The notes under the pieces were generated by a model that did not search any database, had not been told where the DNA came from, and saw nothing but the letters and a program-made list of their open reading frames with translations. Shown in pieces: positions 1-10,716 of a stretch of 59,452 nt of DNA (within the stretch, counting starts at the first letter, position 1; every line of letters starts with the position of its first letter). Source of the DNA: a virus (lineage: Duplodnaviria > Caudoviricetes); IMG/VR virus record IMGVR_UViG_3300032301_000880, positions 1 to 59,452 of that record. One strand, given 5' to 3'. Both the position numbers and the translations under genes were made by a program.

Positions 1-3000
1 AACATATCCAACCTCGCATTGTCTAATGCGTCCAGATAACTCGCCTTCTGTGCCTTACTCATGTTAGATTGAGATGGAACGCCAAGGATTAGGTTGTCTA
101 CTAAATCTATACCGCCCTGTACCTGCTCAGGAGTTAACATATTCCCCTGTGCAAACTCATCAAGCATAGCATTAACCTGAACCAAAGGAGTAGTATCATC
201 CAATGCAGAAAGGAAATCATCCCCCTCAGTAGGGTCAGCATACTCATTAGATTCACGTAAAGCGTCCAATTGCTTAGTAACCCGCCCCCCTTTTTGTTCA
301 TTTGCGGGTTTTTGCTCGGCGGGAGTAGTTTGGTCTTGTTTAGTTATCTTCCTTAGTTCTGTTCCATCCGATAAGGTTATCGTTTCAATTTTCGCAATCC
401 CCTTCTCAACAAGTTTATCTTGTACCCGCATGGCATCTTCACTTATAGGAAAAGAAGAGTAAAGGATTCCGTGTTCGTCTAATGCTTTTTTGTAAATTTC
501 TTGTCCGCTTCCAATACCCTTTTCCTCCCCTTCATTCAAAGATACACCAGAGATTAAATATCCTTTTTCTGGTAATGCTATTCTTGCGTCCGCAGATTCT
601 ACATAGTCGGTTACAACACCTTCCATTTTTCCTTTAGCCGTAATCACATCACCCTCTGCCTGCGTTCCCTTATCCAACACCTCCATAGGCAAAACCACCG
701 TTTCATTAGTTTGAGGGGCGGGTTTCCCTATCCCTTCAACTACTATTTCCTGTCCTCCTGCTGGTGGTTCTGCTGGCGGTTTGTTTGCCTCTACCTTTGC
801 TTTTAATGCTGCATTAACCGCTTCCGTTGCATTCTTTTTCTCTTCTACTATTTCCTCAGTAGCCCTTGCGTCTTCTACACTGCCTGTATAACCATACCGT
901 TTAACTGCATTAAGGATTTGAAAGAAAGTTCCGGGTGCTGCCATAAGCAAACATTGGGTCGCCAGCATAAGGTTCTCTTCTCCTTTGCTTAGGTTCTTGC
1001 CCATCTGTTCCTCGTACAAGGTCTTAGCGTCGGTCGCATCAAAAACTTGGTTATAAGCAGCAAGGAAATTTTCCCCTACTTTTTCTTCAATTATTTCCTC
1101 CCCCGTCTTAGTTGCCAGGCGACCTATACCCCTGCCTATAAGCGGGCGACCTATACCCCTGCCTATAAGCGGGCGTCCAAACACTCCCATGATAGGCATC
1201 TTCCTGCTTATAGCCTCAAATGCTGCACCAAACGCTGTTTCCCCTAATCCTGTGGCTGCGCCTTGTCCAGTAGCTTCGTATGCCGCCGCCGCAACTAATA
1301 AATCACCCGTTAACGCTCTGGCATAAGCCGCTGATTTAGGGTCTTTGAATACCCGTAGGAAAGCGTTCTCAATCGGAGCAAGTGCGCCACCTGTTTTAGC
1401 TGCCTTACCCAAAACATTCAGCACCCCTTGACCTACTGCCATTGCAGGTACTGTCTCAAGCGAATACGGAAGGCTTTCGCCCAACATCATAGCCATATTG
1501 TCGGCAAACGTTGGAGCAAAACTTTCCATTGCTTTCAAGTCCCCCATTGTCATATCCAACACAGGGTCTTCCCCTAAAGCAGACTGCAACCCTGATGCTC
1601 GCTCCTCCTTGCTTAACTTGTCAGAGAACATGGATTCCATAAGCATCCCTGCATTCGTTCCCTTCCTAAAAGCCTCAGAAAAAATATTGACTTTCTTCTT
1701 AGCCTCCCACAACAAAGCATCCGTACCGCTTAGGTTCTCTGGCTTTTGCCATTCCTTTTCAACCATCTGGAAAAGGTTTTTATTGTATGCCAAAGCATCG
1801 GCAATACCCAATACCTCAGCATAAAGTTTATTATAGGTAGGATTTCCAGCAAATAATTCGTTGTGGTCGCCTATGCTCGTTTGCACTACTTCTGCCCCCT
1901 TGATTTCCGGAGTAAGCAATGCCTTATACGCCTGTAAGTCGGAGTACTTCTTAACCAATAAATCCTTTAAGGAAGCCCTATCCGTTTTGGCATACTTCGC
2001 TTTCGTTGCATTTACCGCCGGGGTTAAATCAATTATTCTATTCCCTTGGTCGTCGGTGTAAGCAAACTGTTCTGGTCTAATGCCAGAGTAGGCTTCCTGC
2101 TGTAAAGAGCGATACTTCGCCTTTATCTTAGGGTCGCTTTCGCTGGCTATCTTTTGCCCTAACTCATCTATGATTGCTTGCTTCTCATAGTTAGGTAAGA
2201 AGTTCTTTCCTTCTGTTTTGGCTAAATCAGATAAGATATTTCTGGTAGCCAGTTCTGGATTCTGTTTGTATAATCCCGCCGCTATTTTGAATGAAACGTC
2301 CTGTATTGCCCTATTGCGTAACCCATCCAGCTCAGCAGCCTTAGCTTGCGCTTCCTGCTTCCGAGAAACCATATCCCTCGTTAAATCATTAGCAGCATCA
2401 AACCGTTGCATCTCCCCCTTCTCAAAAAACTGTGTCTTAGTTTTAGGAGAAAGTTCACTAATTATTTTGGTCTGCGCCCTCAACTGTTTGTTGATCTCGC
2501 CAAACGCTACCTTGGTTTCCGCTGGCACATCGTACAACTTGCCCATAAATGGGATATCATACTTCTTAACTTCAAAATCCTCCAGCATAGGTGCGCCACC
2601 AAACCTTGTTTGGGTGTTGTACCGAATGGCCATTTGGGTATTGAAGTCCTCTGTTGGTCTTTCGTTATCGCTAAAAATAGCAGGGGTTTCTATTCCCGGA
2701 ACGTTGGAAGAAGAAACTACTGGCTGAGGCTCGGAGGCTAATACCTGTTCAAGTAAGGCACCCGGCTTCTCATTTATTGGATTCGGGGTTTTTGCGGGAA
2801 TAGAAGCCTTTGCCGTTGTTCCGCCCCCCAATGCGGGTCTTTCTTCTGTTACCGCAAAGCCCGCTTCAAGTGGGTCATAACCCGTGATTTCTCTGAAAGG
2901 AGTTTCGCTTAAAACTTCTCGACCATACTTGGTTTTATTGAACCCAGAATACAGCCCTTTGGCAAACTCAGGATCAGCCTTTAGCTTTTCATCAAAGCCT

Positions 3001-3080
3001 TTTAGTGTAAGTTCGTCAGGAACTAACCCAAGTTGCTTCGCATCAAGCAACAACACCGATTTTTTATCCTTATCAGGCAT
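1..3080 (-). CDS. Large virion cargo/ejection protein, partial (>1020 aa, runs off the window edge)
   Basis: Not in the ORF track because it has no stop in the window. My translation from ATG 3080 (MPDKDKKSVLLLDAKQ...) stays open to position 1. Helical, Ala/Glu/Lys-rich, located after the nozzle and cargo genes. Confidence 0.7.
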   Translation of the reverse strand, partial: MPDKDKKSVLLLDAKQLGLVPDELTLKGFDEKLKADPEFAKGLYSGFNKTKYGREVLSETPFREITGYDPLEAGFAVTEERPALGGGTTAKASIPAKTPNPINEKPGALLEQVLASEPQPVVSSSNVPGIETPAIFSDNERPTEDFNTQMAIRYNTQTRFGGAPMLEDFEVKKYDIPFMGKLYDVPAETKVAFGEINKQLRAQTKIISELSPKTKTQFFEKGEMQRFDAANDLTRDMVSRKQEAQAKAAELDGLRNRAIQDVSFKIAAGLYKQNPELATRNILSDLAKTEGKNFLPNYEKQAIIDELGQKIASESDPKIKAKYRSLQQEAYSGIRPEQFAYTDDQGNRIIDLTPAVNATKAKYAKTDRASLKDLLVKKYSDLQAYKALLTPEIKGAEVVQTSIGDHNELFAGNPTYNKLYAEVLGIADALAYNKNLFQMVEKEWQKPENLSGTDALLWEAKKKVNIFSEAFRKGTNAGMLMESMFSDKLSKEERASGLQSALGEDPVLDMTMGDLKAMESFAPTFADNMAMMLGESLPYSLETVPAMAVGQGVLNVLGKAAKTGGALAPIENAFLRVFKDPKSAAYARALTGDLLVAAAAYEATGQGAATGLGETAFGAAFEAISRKMPIMGVFGRPLIGRGIGRPLIGRGIGRLATKTGEEIIEEKVGENFLAAYNQVFDATDAKTLYEEQMGKNLSKGEENLMLATQCLLMAAPGTFFQILNAVKRYGYTGSVEDARATEEIVEEKKNATEAVNAALKAKVEANKPPAEPPAGGQEIVVEGIGKPAPQTNETVVLPMEVLDKGTQAEGDVITAKGKMEGVVTDYVESADARIALPEKGYLISGVSLNEGEEKGIGSGQEIYKKALDEHGILYSSFPISEDAMRVQDKLVEKGIAKIETITLSDGTELRKITKQDQTTPAEQKPANEQKGGRVTKQLDALRESNEYADPTEGDDFLSALDDTTPLVQVNAMLDEFAQGNMLTPEQVQGGIDLVDNLILGVPSQSNMSKAQKASYLDALDNARLDM
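1118..1171. repeat. 27-bp perfect tandem duplication (in-frame GRPLIGRGI x2)
   Basis: GGCGACCTATACCCCTGCCTATAAGCG at 1118-1144 and 1145-1171. Confidence 0.95.
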
Positions 3081-3082
3081 GA

Positions 3083-3376
3083 TTAATTAAAATAAGTATT
3101 AGACAATAAAAGACCGTTTAGTGCGGTCTTATTAAACACTTTATTACGAATTTCGTTTTCTGTCTCAGGGCTAAAAAATTCAATACCCCCGCTATAAATA
3201 ATTCTGCAAAGCAACACGCCATCATCAAAAATGACTTCCGCAGAACCTACCGTAGATATTTCGTAGAAGTCAAACTCCCGTGTCCGAACATCAGCAATTC
3301 TTTTACACGAAGGGATATCTTGCTCATCCATGTAAAAGTCGTACACCTTGATTCTAATAGGCAATGTTGCTCTCAT
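3083..3376 (-). CDS. Hypothetical protein
   Basis: 97-aa ORF tightly packed between two minus-strand genes. Confidence 0.55.
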   Translation of the reverse strand: MRATLPIRIKVYDFYMDEQDIPSCKRIADVRTREFDFYEISTVGSAEVIFDDGVLLCRIIYSGGIEFFSPETENEIRNKVFNKTALNGLLLSNTYFN

Positions 3377-3377
3377 A

Positions 3378-5153
3378 TTATTCTTGGATTATGTTTCCGC
3401 CACCACCGGTTCCCTGCTCGGTTATCATTTCAAAGTTAGGCATAGCCGCTTCTTGCGACCCGCTGGGGTATAGCTCATTCCCCAGTACGTTTACTGTGTT
3501 TCTGTCGTTAGGGAAGGTAATCGTTACCGCATCCTTCGCTGGCCGGTATAGCCGCCCATTCACCCATACTTGTATATCTTTAGAAGATATACCAAAGTAT
3601 TGCTTTTTGTCTTTAATGTTACTTCTATCGGCAACCTTTGTCCATGAACTACCATTGGCTAAAGACCCTTTGTCCATTGTGTCCACAAAAAAAGATCTAA
3701 GCTTCGGGGACGTGCCTTGCCTTACAATTATCCCGGTAAATCCGTTAGAAACGGTAGCAACATTAGGGTCTTTTACCAAAACCTTGTCGGCCACCAGATT
3801 TTTTGCCCCATCTGTGGTTAAGGGATAGTTCCATAATCGTGCGCCCTTAGTATCGTCTATAATGCCTTTTTCATCACCCACTCCTGCAAGGAGCGTTACG
3901 CTTTCGGGATTAGGCAAGATATAGTCTTTTGCCACCGGAGAAAGATCCTTTTCTAAAATTGCAGCATCCGTGCTTTGCCCAAGCGTAGACACTTTCCATC
4001 CCTCTCCCAACGCCCTCCCTAAATTGCGAAACGTTTTCTGATCCTCTGGCAAACTATTCCACGCTTGACTTGGCGCATCCGCTTCTTGTTGAAAATACCC
4101 CACAGCCTTATCTTTGTTACCGCCAGTGCTTATCTTGGTTGACTTTTGCCCTTGTTTCCATGAAGCAATAAGCTGGGTAGATTTATTAATCTTATCCTGA
4201 TAACTATTGGCAATAGCAAGAGTGAAATTATCCCATGCCTTCTCAGCACTTTTGCCCTGACCATAGAGTTTAACAAAGTTTTCATACGGGGCAGAACCTT
4301 CTTGACCCATCAGGACATCCCTCTGGGTTTCTAAATAGTTTGCCAGCCCATCATAATTTACTTCCTGCCCCTTTTCGATTCCGGTAACAAGCGTTTCGAA
4401 TCCAGGGTCGCTTATCTTTACCGTGCCATCTACAATTTGACTTACTACCGGGTTTAGAAACTGGTCGCCCATAGCCGCCGTAACCTGTTCGTAGGCAGAA
4501 GGATTATTTAATAAAGCTTGCGTTTCCCTTAGCTTGCCTGACTGAGCCATTAAGTCAGCGTCCTCAGCATCGTTAGCGATAGCATCCATCCAAGCAAGAT
4601 ATTGCGGTTGGGCATCCGCCTGTACTTTGCGCTTGTAAGGGTCGGTATCCTTTACAGACCTACTTACTATTTCTTGAAAAGCCCCGGCTGCTGAAGCTAA
4701 GGCTTTTGTTGTAGGGGCTATTTGAGCCAGCATAGGATCCGCTTTCACCGCTGCCGCAAAAGAAGCAGGGCCGGGATATTGCTCTCGAAGCATAGCCACC
4801 CTCTGATTGTATTTGTTTACGGCTCGTTTAGAAATAGCACTGCCAAGTTCCTTTGCTGCCTCAACATCAAAAACAGGTGCGGCAATATTCGGAAACGTTT
4901 GCTCAGTAGCAGCCATAGCCATAGCTTTCCTCGCAGCATTGGCAGCATTGATCGTACCGTAGTCAATAAGTCCGGGGTCGACAATGGGGATAGGAGCAGA
5001 GAAAGTTTGCCCACTATATGAACCGGCGGACAAAGGATTGAATTGCGGTGAAGAACCCGCTGTCGCAGTTCCCCTCTTCATCAATTCCTTCATTAACGCA
5101 TACTGAGCAGGATTGAACCCACTCGTAATTAAGTCAGAAGCATTGTCGTTCAT
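3378..5153 (-). CDS. Putative internal virion/ejection protein
   Basis: 591 aa with an Ala-rich helical N-half, positioned between the nozzle and the giant cargo gene. Confidence 0.55.
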   Translation of the reverse strand: MNDNASDLITSGFNPAQYALMKELMKRGTATAGSSPQFNPLSAGSYSGQTFSAPIPIVDPGLIDYGTINAANAARKAMAMAATEQTFPNIAAPVFDVEAAKELGSAISKRAVNKYNQRVAMLREQYPGPASFAAAVKADPMLAQIAPTTKALASAAGAFQEIVSRSVKDTDPYKRKVQADAQPQYLAWMDAIANDAEDADLMAQSGKLRETQALLNNPSAYEQVTAAMGDQFLNPVVSQIVDGTVKISDPGFETLVTGIEKGQEVNYDGLANYLETQRDVLMGQEGSAPYENFVKLYGQGKSAEKAWDNFTLAIANSYQDKINKSTQLIASWKQGQKSTKISTGGNKDKAVGYFQQEADAPSQAWNSLPEDQKTFRNLGRALGEGWKVSTLGQSTDAAILEKDLSPVAKDYILPNPESVTLLAGVGDEKGIIDDTKGARLWNYPLTTDGAKNLVADKVLVKDPNVATVSNGFTGIIVRQGTSPKLRSFFVDTMDKGSLANGSSWTKVADRSNIKDKKQYFGISSKDIQVWVNGRLYRPAKDAVTITFPNDRNTVNVLGNELYPSGSQEAAMPNFEMITEQGTGGGGNIIQE

Positions 5154-5155
5154 TA

Positions 5156-5869
5156 TTACTCCAGAGGTACATTTAGAATTGGTACATAACCGGGAAAGGA
5201 AACATTGTTACCCCATGCGCCACCACCAGCAGGTGCGCCACTGCTAACGGGTGCGCTCGACCCGGCAGACGCTCCGGCACCGGATCCGCCAGCAGCACCC
5301 CCACCTAATCCGCTAAAATTATTATTTGCAAAGAATCCCTGCATATTTTTATTTAAAGCAGACTGGTTCGCAGCATTCTGGCTCAATGACATTACCCAAT
5401 CGTATTGCTCAATATCCGCCTTGCGCTTCGCTACATTCTCTATCAAACTGTTTTTCAAGCCCTCAAAGAATTTAACGTCCGCAATGCGATTTGCGCTGAT
5501 CTGATTTAACGCACTATTGGTTCCAGATTGTACCTTGCCAACACCTGCCATATAAGCACCAGCGTTGCCTCCGCTAACCTTGGACATCCCCTCAATAAAG
5601 GTCGCCCCGTTCTTCAATACATCATCCACCAAAGGCTTGTACATCCTTCCGGTTTCGCTGTCCCTTAATCTCTTTTTGATTTCTTCCAGATACGCTAAAC
5701 GCATATCATCGTTTACATCTGGCTTCTTTTTATTAGGATTGTTCATCCCTGTTGCCACTGCCTGTCCTGCCATAGAGCCAACTTGCGCTCCCATAGGATT
5801 GCCTCCAGTAGCAGCTAACCCCAATCCAGCCCCGATTGCTGGCAATAACGATTGAAAAGTAGTAGACAT
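5156..5869 (-). CDS. Putative small ejection protein (Gly/Ala-rich hydrophobic N-terminus)
   Basis: Likely start MSTTFQ at 5869. The LLPAIGAGLGLAATGGNPMGAQVGSMAG segment resembles podovirus ejection proteins, and the gene lies directly after the nozzle. Confidence 0.55.
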   Translation of the reverse strand: MSTTFQSLLPAIGAGLGLAATGGNPMGAQVGSMAGQAVATGMNNPNKKKPDVNDDMRLAYLEEIKKRLRDSETGRMYKPLVDDVLKNGATFIEGMSKVSGGNAGAYMAGVGKVQSGTNSALNQISANRIADVKFFEGLKNSLIENVAKRKADIEQYDWVMSLSQNAANQSALNKNMQGFFANNNFSGLGGGAAGGSGAGASAGSSAPVSSGAPAGGGAWGNNVSFPGYVPILNVPLE

Positions 5870-5879
5870 AATAAACCTC

Positions 5880-8800
5880 TTAGGTGATAACTTTTGGTCT
5901 AATACCAAAGGCACTCACACCCATTTTCCCCGCTAAGTTAAACATTATTTTAACCACAATGACCCTGCTCTGAACCCGATTGTTAGGGGCTGTTAACTGG
6001 CGTGGAATCCATGTAGAAAAATAACCATAGTTGCGCCATGCTAATGGGCTACTTGCTGTAATGATTTCAGCATCGGGAACGTCCGTAGGCTCTGGCTTCT
6101 GTATGTAAAACTCCGTAACACTTGGCTTAATCGTACTGGCGATTTGCATCTGAAGCATATCCTTGTACGTGCTGAATGGTTCGCTGAATGCTACCTGTAT
6201 CCAACGCTCAGGCAAAGAACCGTTAATGGAATAGCCACTGCCAATAATGTAAACTTCACCTTCCCTTGTGCCAAAAATTTCCCTGCCTACTCTAACGTAG
6301 TTGTCGAATTGGTAAGTAAACCTGCCTATCCATGCTCCTTTTTTCTGATCCTGAACCGTAGCAAAGCTGTAAACAAATACGCCTTCCTCTGGTAATAAGA
6401 CGTTTTCTACAAAGGTGTAACTGTATGCTCCATCTTTGTAGGTGTAGTCAAAGCGGGCTACTTCGTCTGGTTGCATTCCATAAGAGAAACTTCCTGATGT
6501 AAAGGTTATTGAACCCGCCGACAAATTCTTTAAAACAAGGGTTTTTACATTTTCGTTTGCCGGAATATCAATATCATCCGTTACAGTCAAATAGCTGCCC
6601 GTAGAAATTAATCCTCCAACTTCAGGGTTATCCAAGTTTGCCCAATAAGTATCTACCCAATTCTGGTCAATAGCCACAGGATTTAAGTACACACTCACCC
6701 AATACTCTTCGTCTTTAGGATTGTATCCTGCCGTAATGCTATCCCTGTAATAAGGATGAACCCATGCCATAACCCTATTGATCAAAGCATCGTAGTAGTT
6801 CCCCGTTACATTCTGAACCACCATATCTTTTAACAAGAAAGCATCTTTTTTATTAACCCATACCAAGCCCCAATCGGTTTCGCATTTCGTCCTCCACAGT
6901 TCCTCTGGCATCCCGTTTTCAATCTCTATCCAATTGTAGTCCGTAATGCCTGAAGTGTCCGTAACCCCTAATTGAAAGATTTGGTCGGCGGATACATCAG
7001 AAATAAGATTCTTATCTACAACAGCCATTGCTAACCCATTACTCATAATAGCATATAGCACATCCCCTTTCCCTGATACATTCTCACTATAAGCACTCTT
7101 AATACAACCCTTATCATCAGGAAATACAAAAAAACTTCCTGGCTTAAATGTTCTGATCCCGGGATCATACTGCAAGTTAGGCTGTCGTTCCTCTGACCAT
7201 ACCGCACCAGTACAGAAAAGGAGCCGTTCTTTAAAACCGGCGGCGGGCTTCATAATAAACTTGGTGTAGTTCCACTCTTGGCTGTAATCCAAGTTCACTT
7301 CAGGGTTGACTTTAAATCCGCCCCATCCCCAATTATCCCGTTCGTTCGGGTAATCAATATCATATTGCGCCCAAATGTTCGGGGCTGAACTGGCTGGCGT
7401 TGCCCACTTATTAGGACGCATCACATAATTATTTGCCGGGAATACCGACCCATAATCGTATGGAACGCACGCCCTCGTTTCACAGTCGTACAGCATCACC
7501 CACTGACGTAGGTATCCATTAACCACCTCAACAGTATTTTCATCCTGTATCTGACCTAAACTCGTTATCGCATTGATATTATTAATAATAAAGTTCCTTT
7601 CATTCATCCTGTATGTGTCATACGGAGGCAGGAAAGAACCAATGGTTAATAACCAATCTCCGGTTCCTCCTACAAAAGAAGCATTCTCATCATACTGGTT
7701 GTCAATGAACGTTCCTATGCTTTCTGCTACATACGTATCCCCACCGAAAACCCGTATTGGAGCAGTGTTGTCATACATAACAATTATTTCACTGCCATCA
7801 TTAGGAGAAAAATCCGGTACGTCAAAGCGGATAACAAATCGTTCCTTCTCTAAAAAGCTACTGGTAAATATCCCCTGAACGTCCGGGCTTAATCCAACAG
7901 GCAAAGAACCAATTCCATTTATTAGGTAGTCTGTTATCTGGGTTATTTCACCCGCCGACATATACGTTCCATTGACCCAAGGACGCAATGCCCCTGATCC
8001 AATATCCCTAACATAAACATACCTGTAAGTCCCAGCCCCAATATCGCTGGATGAAGGAATACAATCCTCCCACCTCTCATCCACACTCTCATACGAACCC
8101 CCTTGCTGGCACAATCCAAGTAAAGACTTGACCTTAATGTGAACTCCCGTAGGCACATACTGGTTGCTCGTTACTTCCTGCCTGTCGGTTTGTACTGACC
8201 GCTTAACTATGGAAACAATGAAAAAGGGGGCTGCCTCAAAAACTCCCGCAGCAGGAAAGATATTGCTGCCTAAAGAAATGCCAAAGGTAAGCCCCTGCCT
8301 TGTTTGCCTGGTTATTACTGCTGAAATAGGAACCGTCGTAATTGTTGTTATCCCGCCAAATGTCGAAGCGTTCAACCACTGGTTCCACCTTACATAAGGA
8401 TAAGAAGGCGCAACCGGAGCCGCCTGAGCATTAATGCTGTTTTCATCATACAACACTCTGGCATAAGAAGCCATATCAATAAGCGAATCATAAGGATCAG
8501 AAACATACGGGGCAAACCTTCTTCTCCCGCTGTACATCTCTGAGAATATTCCAACAGGAGCCTGAACCAATACCTCATACGAACCGAAATTGTTTAACAG
8601 TTCATCACTGTCTACAATGCCAAAATCTATGTCCGGGAAATGACACCATATCGCATCTATCTTAGAAGCGGTTATAGTTCCTCCCGCAACAACAGGTTCT
8701 CTAACCGCTATCCCTTGGCACAAAATCCGGTTCTGTCTGGCAGTACGAACAATAGCAAAACTCTCCATCCCTTCCGGAACCTCTACCCCTGCAATACATA

Positions 8801-10631
8801 TACCCTTAGAAAAGTAAGGAGGCGCAAAGCCCGTTGGATTATACTCTGGAACAACAGTAGCCCCCACCTGAGCGTTAGCGTGCATACGCATCTGGTGAGC
8901 ATCGTTAATGGCATCCCCATCGTTCCTTGGCGTAAAGGGGTGGTAGCCCACATCCTGAGTTAAGTAAACATCATTGCCAAGGATATTTGTGGTCTGAGGA
9001 TTGTTCGGACAAGTGCCTGGCGGATTTGCATCTACATCAGAAGCGTCCTTATAATTTAAAGAGATAACTGTCCCGCCATCGTGGATATTCGTAAACAAAC
9101 ACGGGTTGTTCTTTTGGGTCAACCCCATGTCGTTACTCTGAACGTCTATAATCTCCGTTACTTGCGCCCCAACATTACTGTTGCTGGTTCCTACTGGTAA
9201 GGACTGAATGCCTACATTCGGGTATCTCCCTGCTGAATCCGTGCCATTGGTATCTCCAGGAAAGCGATCATAACTGAATCGCTCCGTACACGTATCAATA
9301 GCATTCCTTCTGCCCCAATCGTGGGTAGCAGTATCCGGAACAGGAGTAACAAAAGCGTTAACGAAATTAGGGTAGAAGCCTACAACTCCTAAGTAATATA
9401 CTTCATTGGACTGGTAGCCTTTGTAGTAAGTAGCATTGTAAGGGTCTTTGTGTCCTTGCTTCCCAATTCCCTGAATAATAGAAATAGAGTTCCTGGTATT
9501 GCCAGAACACTGACCCGAACCATCAAATGTTTTAAGGGCAATGGGAATATCTAAGGATTGATATTCTATGTTTAATAAGTAAACCCGCCGCCTAAAATAA
9601 CGGATTGCCTTGCACCGCTTAATCACTCCCTTAACCTGTAAGTCCTCAACCGTTAAAGGAACCGGCGGGTCTAATAAATAAGGGCTGTCTACATCCGTAA
9701 ACTCCACCACATAAGGCGTAGTAGAACTAATTGGAATCTTAGCTATTACCTGTGGTACTGGCGTTACCGTTGTTGGCTGACCGCTATTCCAATCGTGCCT
9801 GATAATTTCTATGAAGTCATACCCTTGCGGATTGCTTACCCTAAAAATAATCGTAGGCGCATACCTGCTGGTAAACCCTACTGGCGCACCAACAGAAGCA
9901 TAACCTGAATAAATAATATCTTTATCATCCAACGTCAAAGGGATTTTTATTGGAGGCGTAGGTAAGCTGATATTGGTAGCATCGCCTGTCGCAGAAATAA
10001 ATCTTACCTGATACGCATAACTGCCTACCAGCATACCCGCAGCCTGACCTAAATCAGCAAATTCCTTAAATCGGGGTACGTCATTGTAGGTGTTCACCTG
10101 CAAGTACAGGTCGCTCATAACAAACGAAGCAAAATATTTGTCCGTTGTTATGTTGTCCAACATATCTTTTATGTTGAATATTAAAGGGGGGTTGTTGTAG
10201 TCCGTAGCAAAAACTTCTCCCTCTTCGCATCCATCGTTCTTGCTCATCTGGAACTTGTGATCCACATTGACCGTAAAGTTCTGGCTTCGTAATGCCACCT
10301 GCCCATTAATGGTAACGTAGGCTGGGTTGACCGCTAAATCTACCGTAGGGTATTTGTATGCCCATATAGTAAACTGGTTGCCTCCCGCCGCAATAGAACC
10401 GATATCCTCAAAGTCCTCTGGGTTCGGGACAACAGAATAATCGTTTAGGTAGTAAACACTTTCGCCTCCAATAGCTTCTAACCTGCCCTTCTGGGTGTCA
10501 GAGTTGGGGCGGAAGTTCTGCTGGTCTATGTATTTGCCAGTGTCTTGCGCTCCTAATAATTCAGCATCTAATGAAGTATCAGCACCAGAATAAAAAGTGC
10601 GAAGAAAGACTTTGTGTTCGTTCCCTACCAT
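5880..10631 (-). CDS. Tail nozzle/muzzle (stabilisation) protein, crAss-like
   Basis: 1583 aa, beta-rich. N-terminal FATDYNNPPLIFNI and GSYAYQVRF-type propeller motifs. Follows the tail-ring genes. Confidence 0.7.
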   Translation of the reverse strand: MVGNEHKVFLRTFYSGADTSLDAELLGAQDTGKYIDQQNFRPNSDTQKGRLEAIGGESVYYLNDYSVVPNPEDFEDIGSIAAGGNQFTIWAYKYPTVDLAVNPAYVTINGQVALRSQNFTVNVDHKFQMSKNDGCEEGEVFATDYNNPPLIFNIKDMLDNITTDKYFASFVMSDLYLQVNTYNDVPRFKEFADLGQAAGMLVGSYAYQVRFISATGDATNISLPTPPIKIPLTLDDKDIIYSGYASVGAPVGFTSRYAPTIIFRVSNPQGYDFIEIIRHDWNSGQPTTVTPVPQVIAKIPISSTTPYVVEFTDVDSPYLLDPPVPLTVEDLQVKGVIKRCKAIRYFRRRVYLLNIEYQSLDIPIALKTFDGSGQCSGNTRNSISIIQGIGKQGHKDPYNATYYKGYQSNEVYYLGVVGFYPNFVNAFVTPVPDTATHDWGRRNAIDTCTERFSYDRFPGDTNGTDSAGRYPNVGIQSLPVGTSNSNVGAQVTEIIDVQSNDMGLTQKNNPCLFTNIHDGGTVISLNYKDASDVDANPPGTCPNNPQTTNILGNDVYLTQDVGYHPFTPRNDGDAINDAHQMRMHANAQVGATVVPEYNPTGFAPPYFSKGICIAGVEVPEGMESFAIVRTARQNRILCQGIAVREPVVAGGTITASKIDAIWCHFPDIDFGIVDSDELLNNFGSYEVLVQAPVGIFSEMYSGRRRFAPYVSDPYDSLIDMASYARVLYDENSINAQAAPVAPSYPYVRWNQWLNASTFGGITTITTVPISAVITRQTRQGLTFGISLGSNIFPAAGVFEAAPFFIVSIVKRSVQTDRQEVTSNQYVPTGVHIKVKSLLGLCQQGGSYESVDERWEDCIPSSSDIGAGTYRYVYVRDIGSGALRPWVNGTYMSAGEITQITDYLINGIGSLPVGLSPDVQGIFTSSFLEKERFVIRFDVPDFSPNDGSEIIVMYDNTAPIRVFGGDTYVAESIGTFIDNQYDENASFVGGTGDWLLTIGSFLPPYDTYRMNERNFIINNINAITSLGQIQDENTVEVVNGYLRQWVMLYDCETRACVPYDYGSVFPANNYVMRPNKWATPASSAPNIWAQYDIDYPNERDNWGWGGFKVNPEVNLDYSQEWNYTKFIMKPAAGFKERLLFCTGAVWSEERQPNLQYDPGIRTFKPGSFFVFPDDKGCIKSAYSENVSGKGDVLYAIMSNGLAMAVVDKNLISDVSADQIFQLGVTDTSGITDYNWIEIENGMPEELWRTKCETDWGLVWVNKKDAFLLKDMVVQNVTGNYYDALINRVMAWVHPYYRDSITAGYNPKDEEYWVSVYLNPVAIDQNWVDTYWANLDNPEVGGLISTGSYLTVTDDIDIPANENVKTLVLKNLSAGSITFTSGSFSYGMQPDEVARFDYTYKDGAYSYTFVENVLLPEEGVFVYSFATVQDQKKGAWIGRFTYQFDNYVRVGREIFGTREGEVYIIGSGYSINGSLPERWIQVAFSEPFSTYKDMLQMQIASTIKPSVTEFYIQKPEPTDVPDAEIITASSPLAWRNYGYFSTWIPRQLTAPNNRVQSRVIVVKIMFNLAGKMGVSAFGIRPKVIT

Positions 10632-10635
10632 ATAA

Positions 10636-10643
10636 CAAAATTA
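10636..10643 (-). promoter_or_regulatory. Bacteroidota primary-sigma -7 element (TAnnTTTG), representative copy
   Basis: TAATTTTG just upstream of the nozzle ATG. Equivalent elements precede 15198 and 22194 (TACTTTTG), 29716 (TACCTTTG), 41653 (TAACTTTG), 51981 (TAATTTTG) and 52308 (TATCTTTG). Confidence 0.7.
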
Positions 10644-10716
10644 TACTTTTTTAGTAACCCGCCGACCTTTTTAATCTTTTGGGGGCGCGGGCAAACGATT
10701 AAAATAAGGGGCGGTA

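Noticed and set aside
1-3080. Virion RNA polymerase call for the giant ORF
   Set aside because: No DxDxD catalytic motif context was seen in the part inside the window, and the remainder is not visible.
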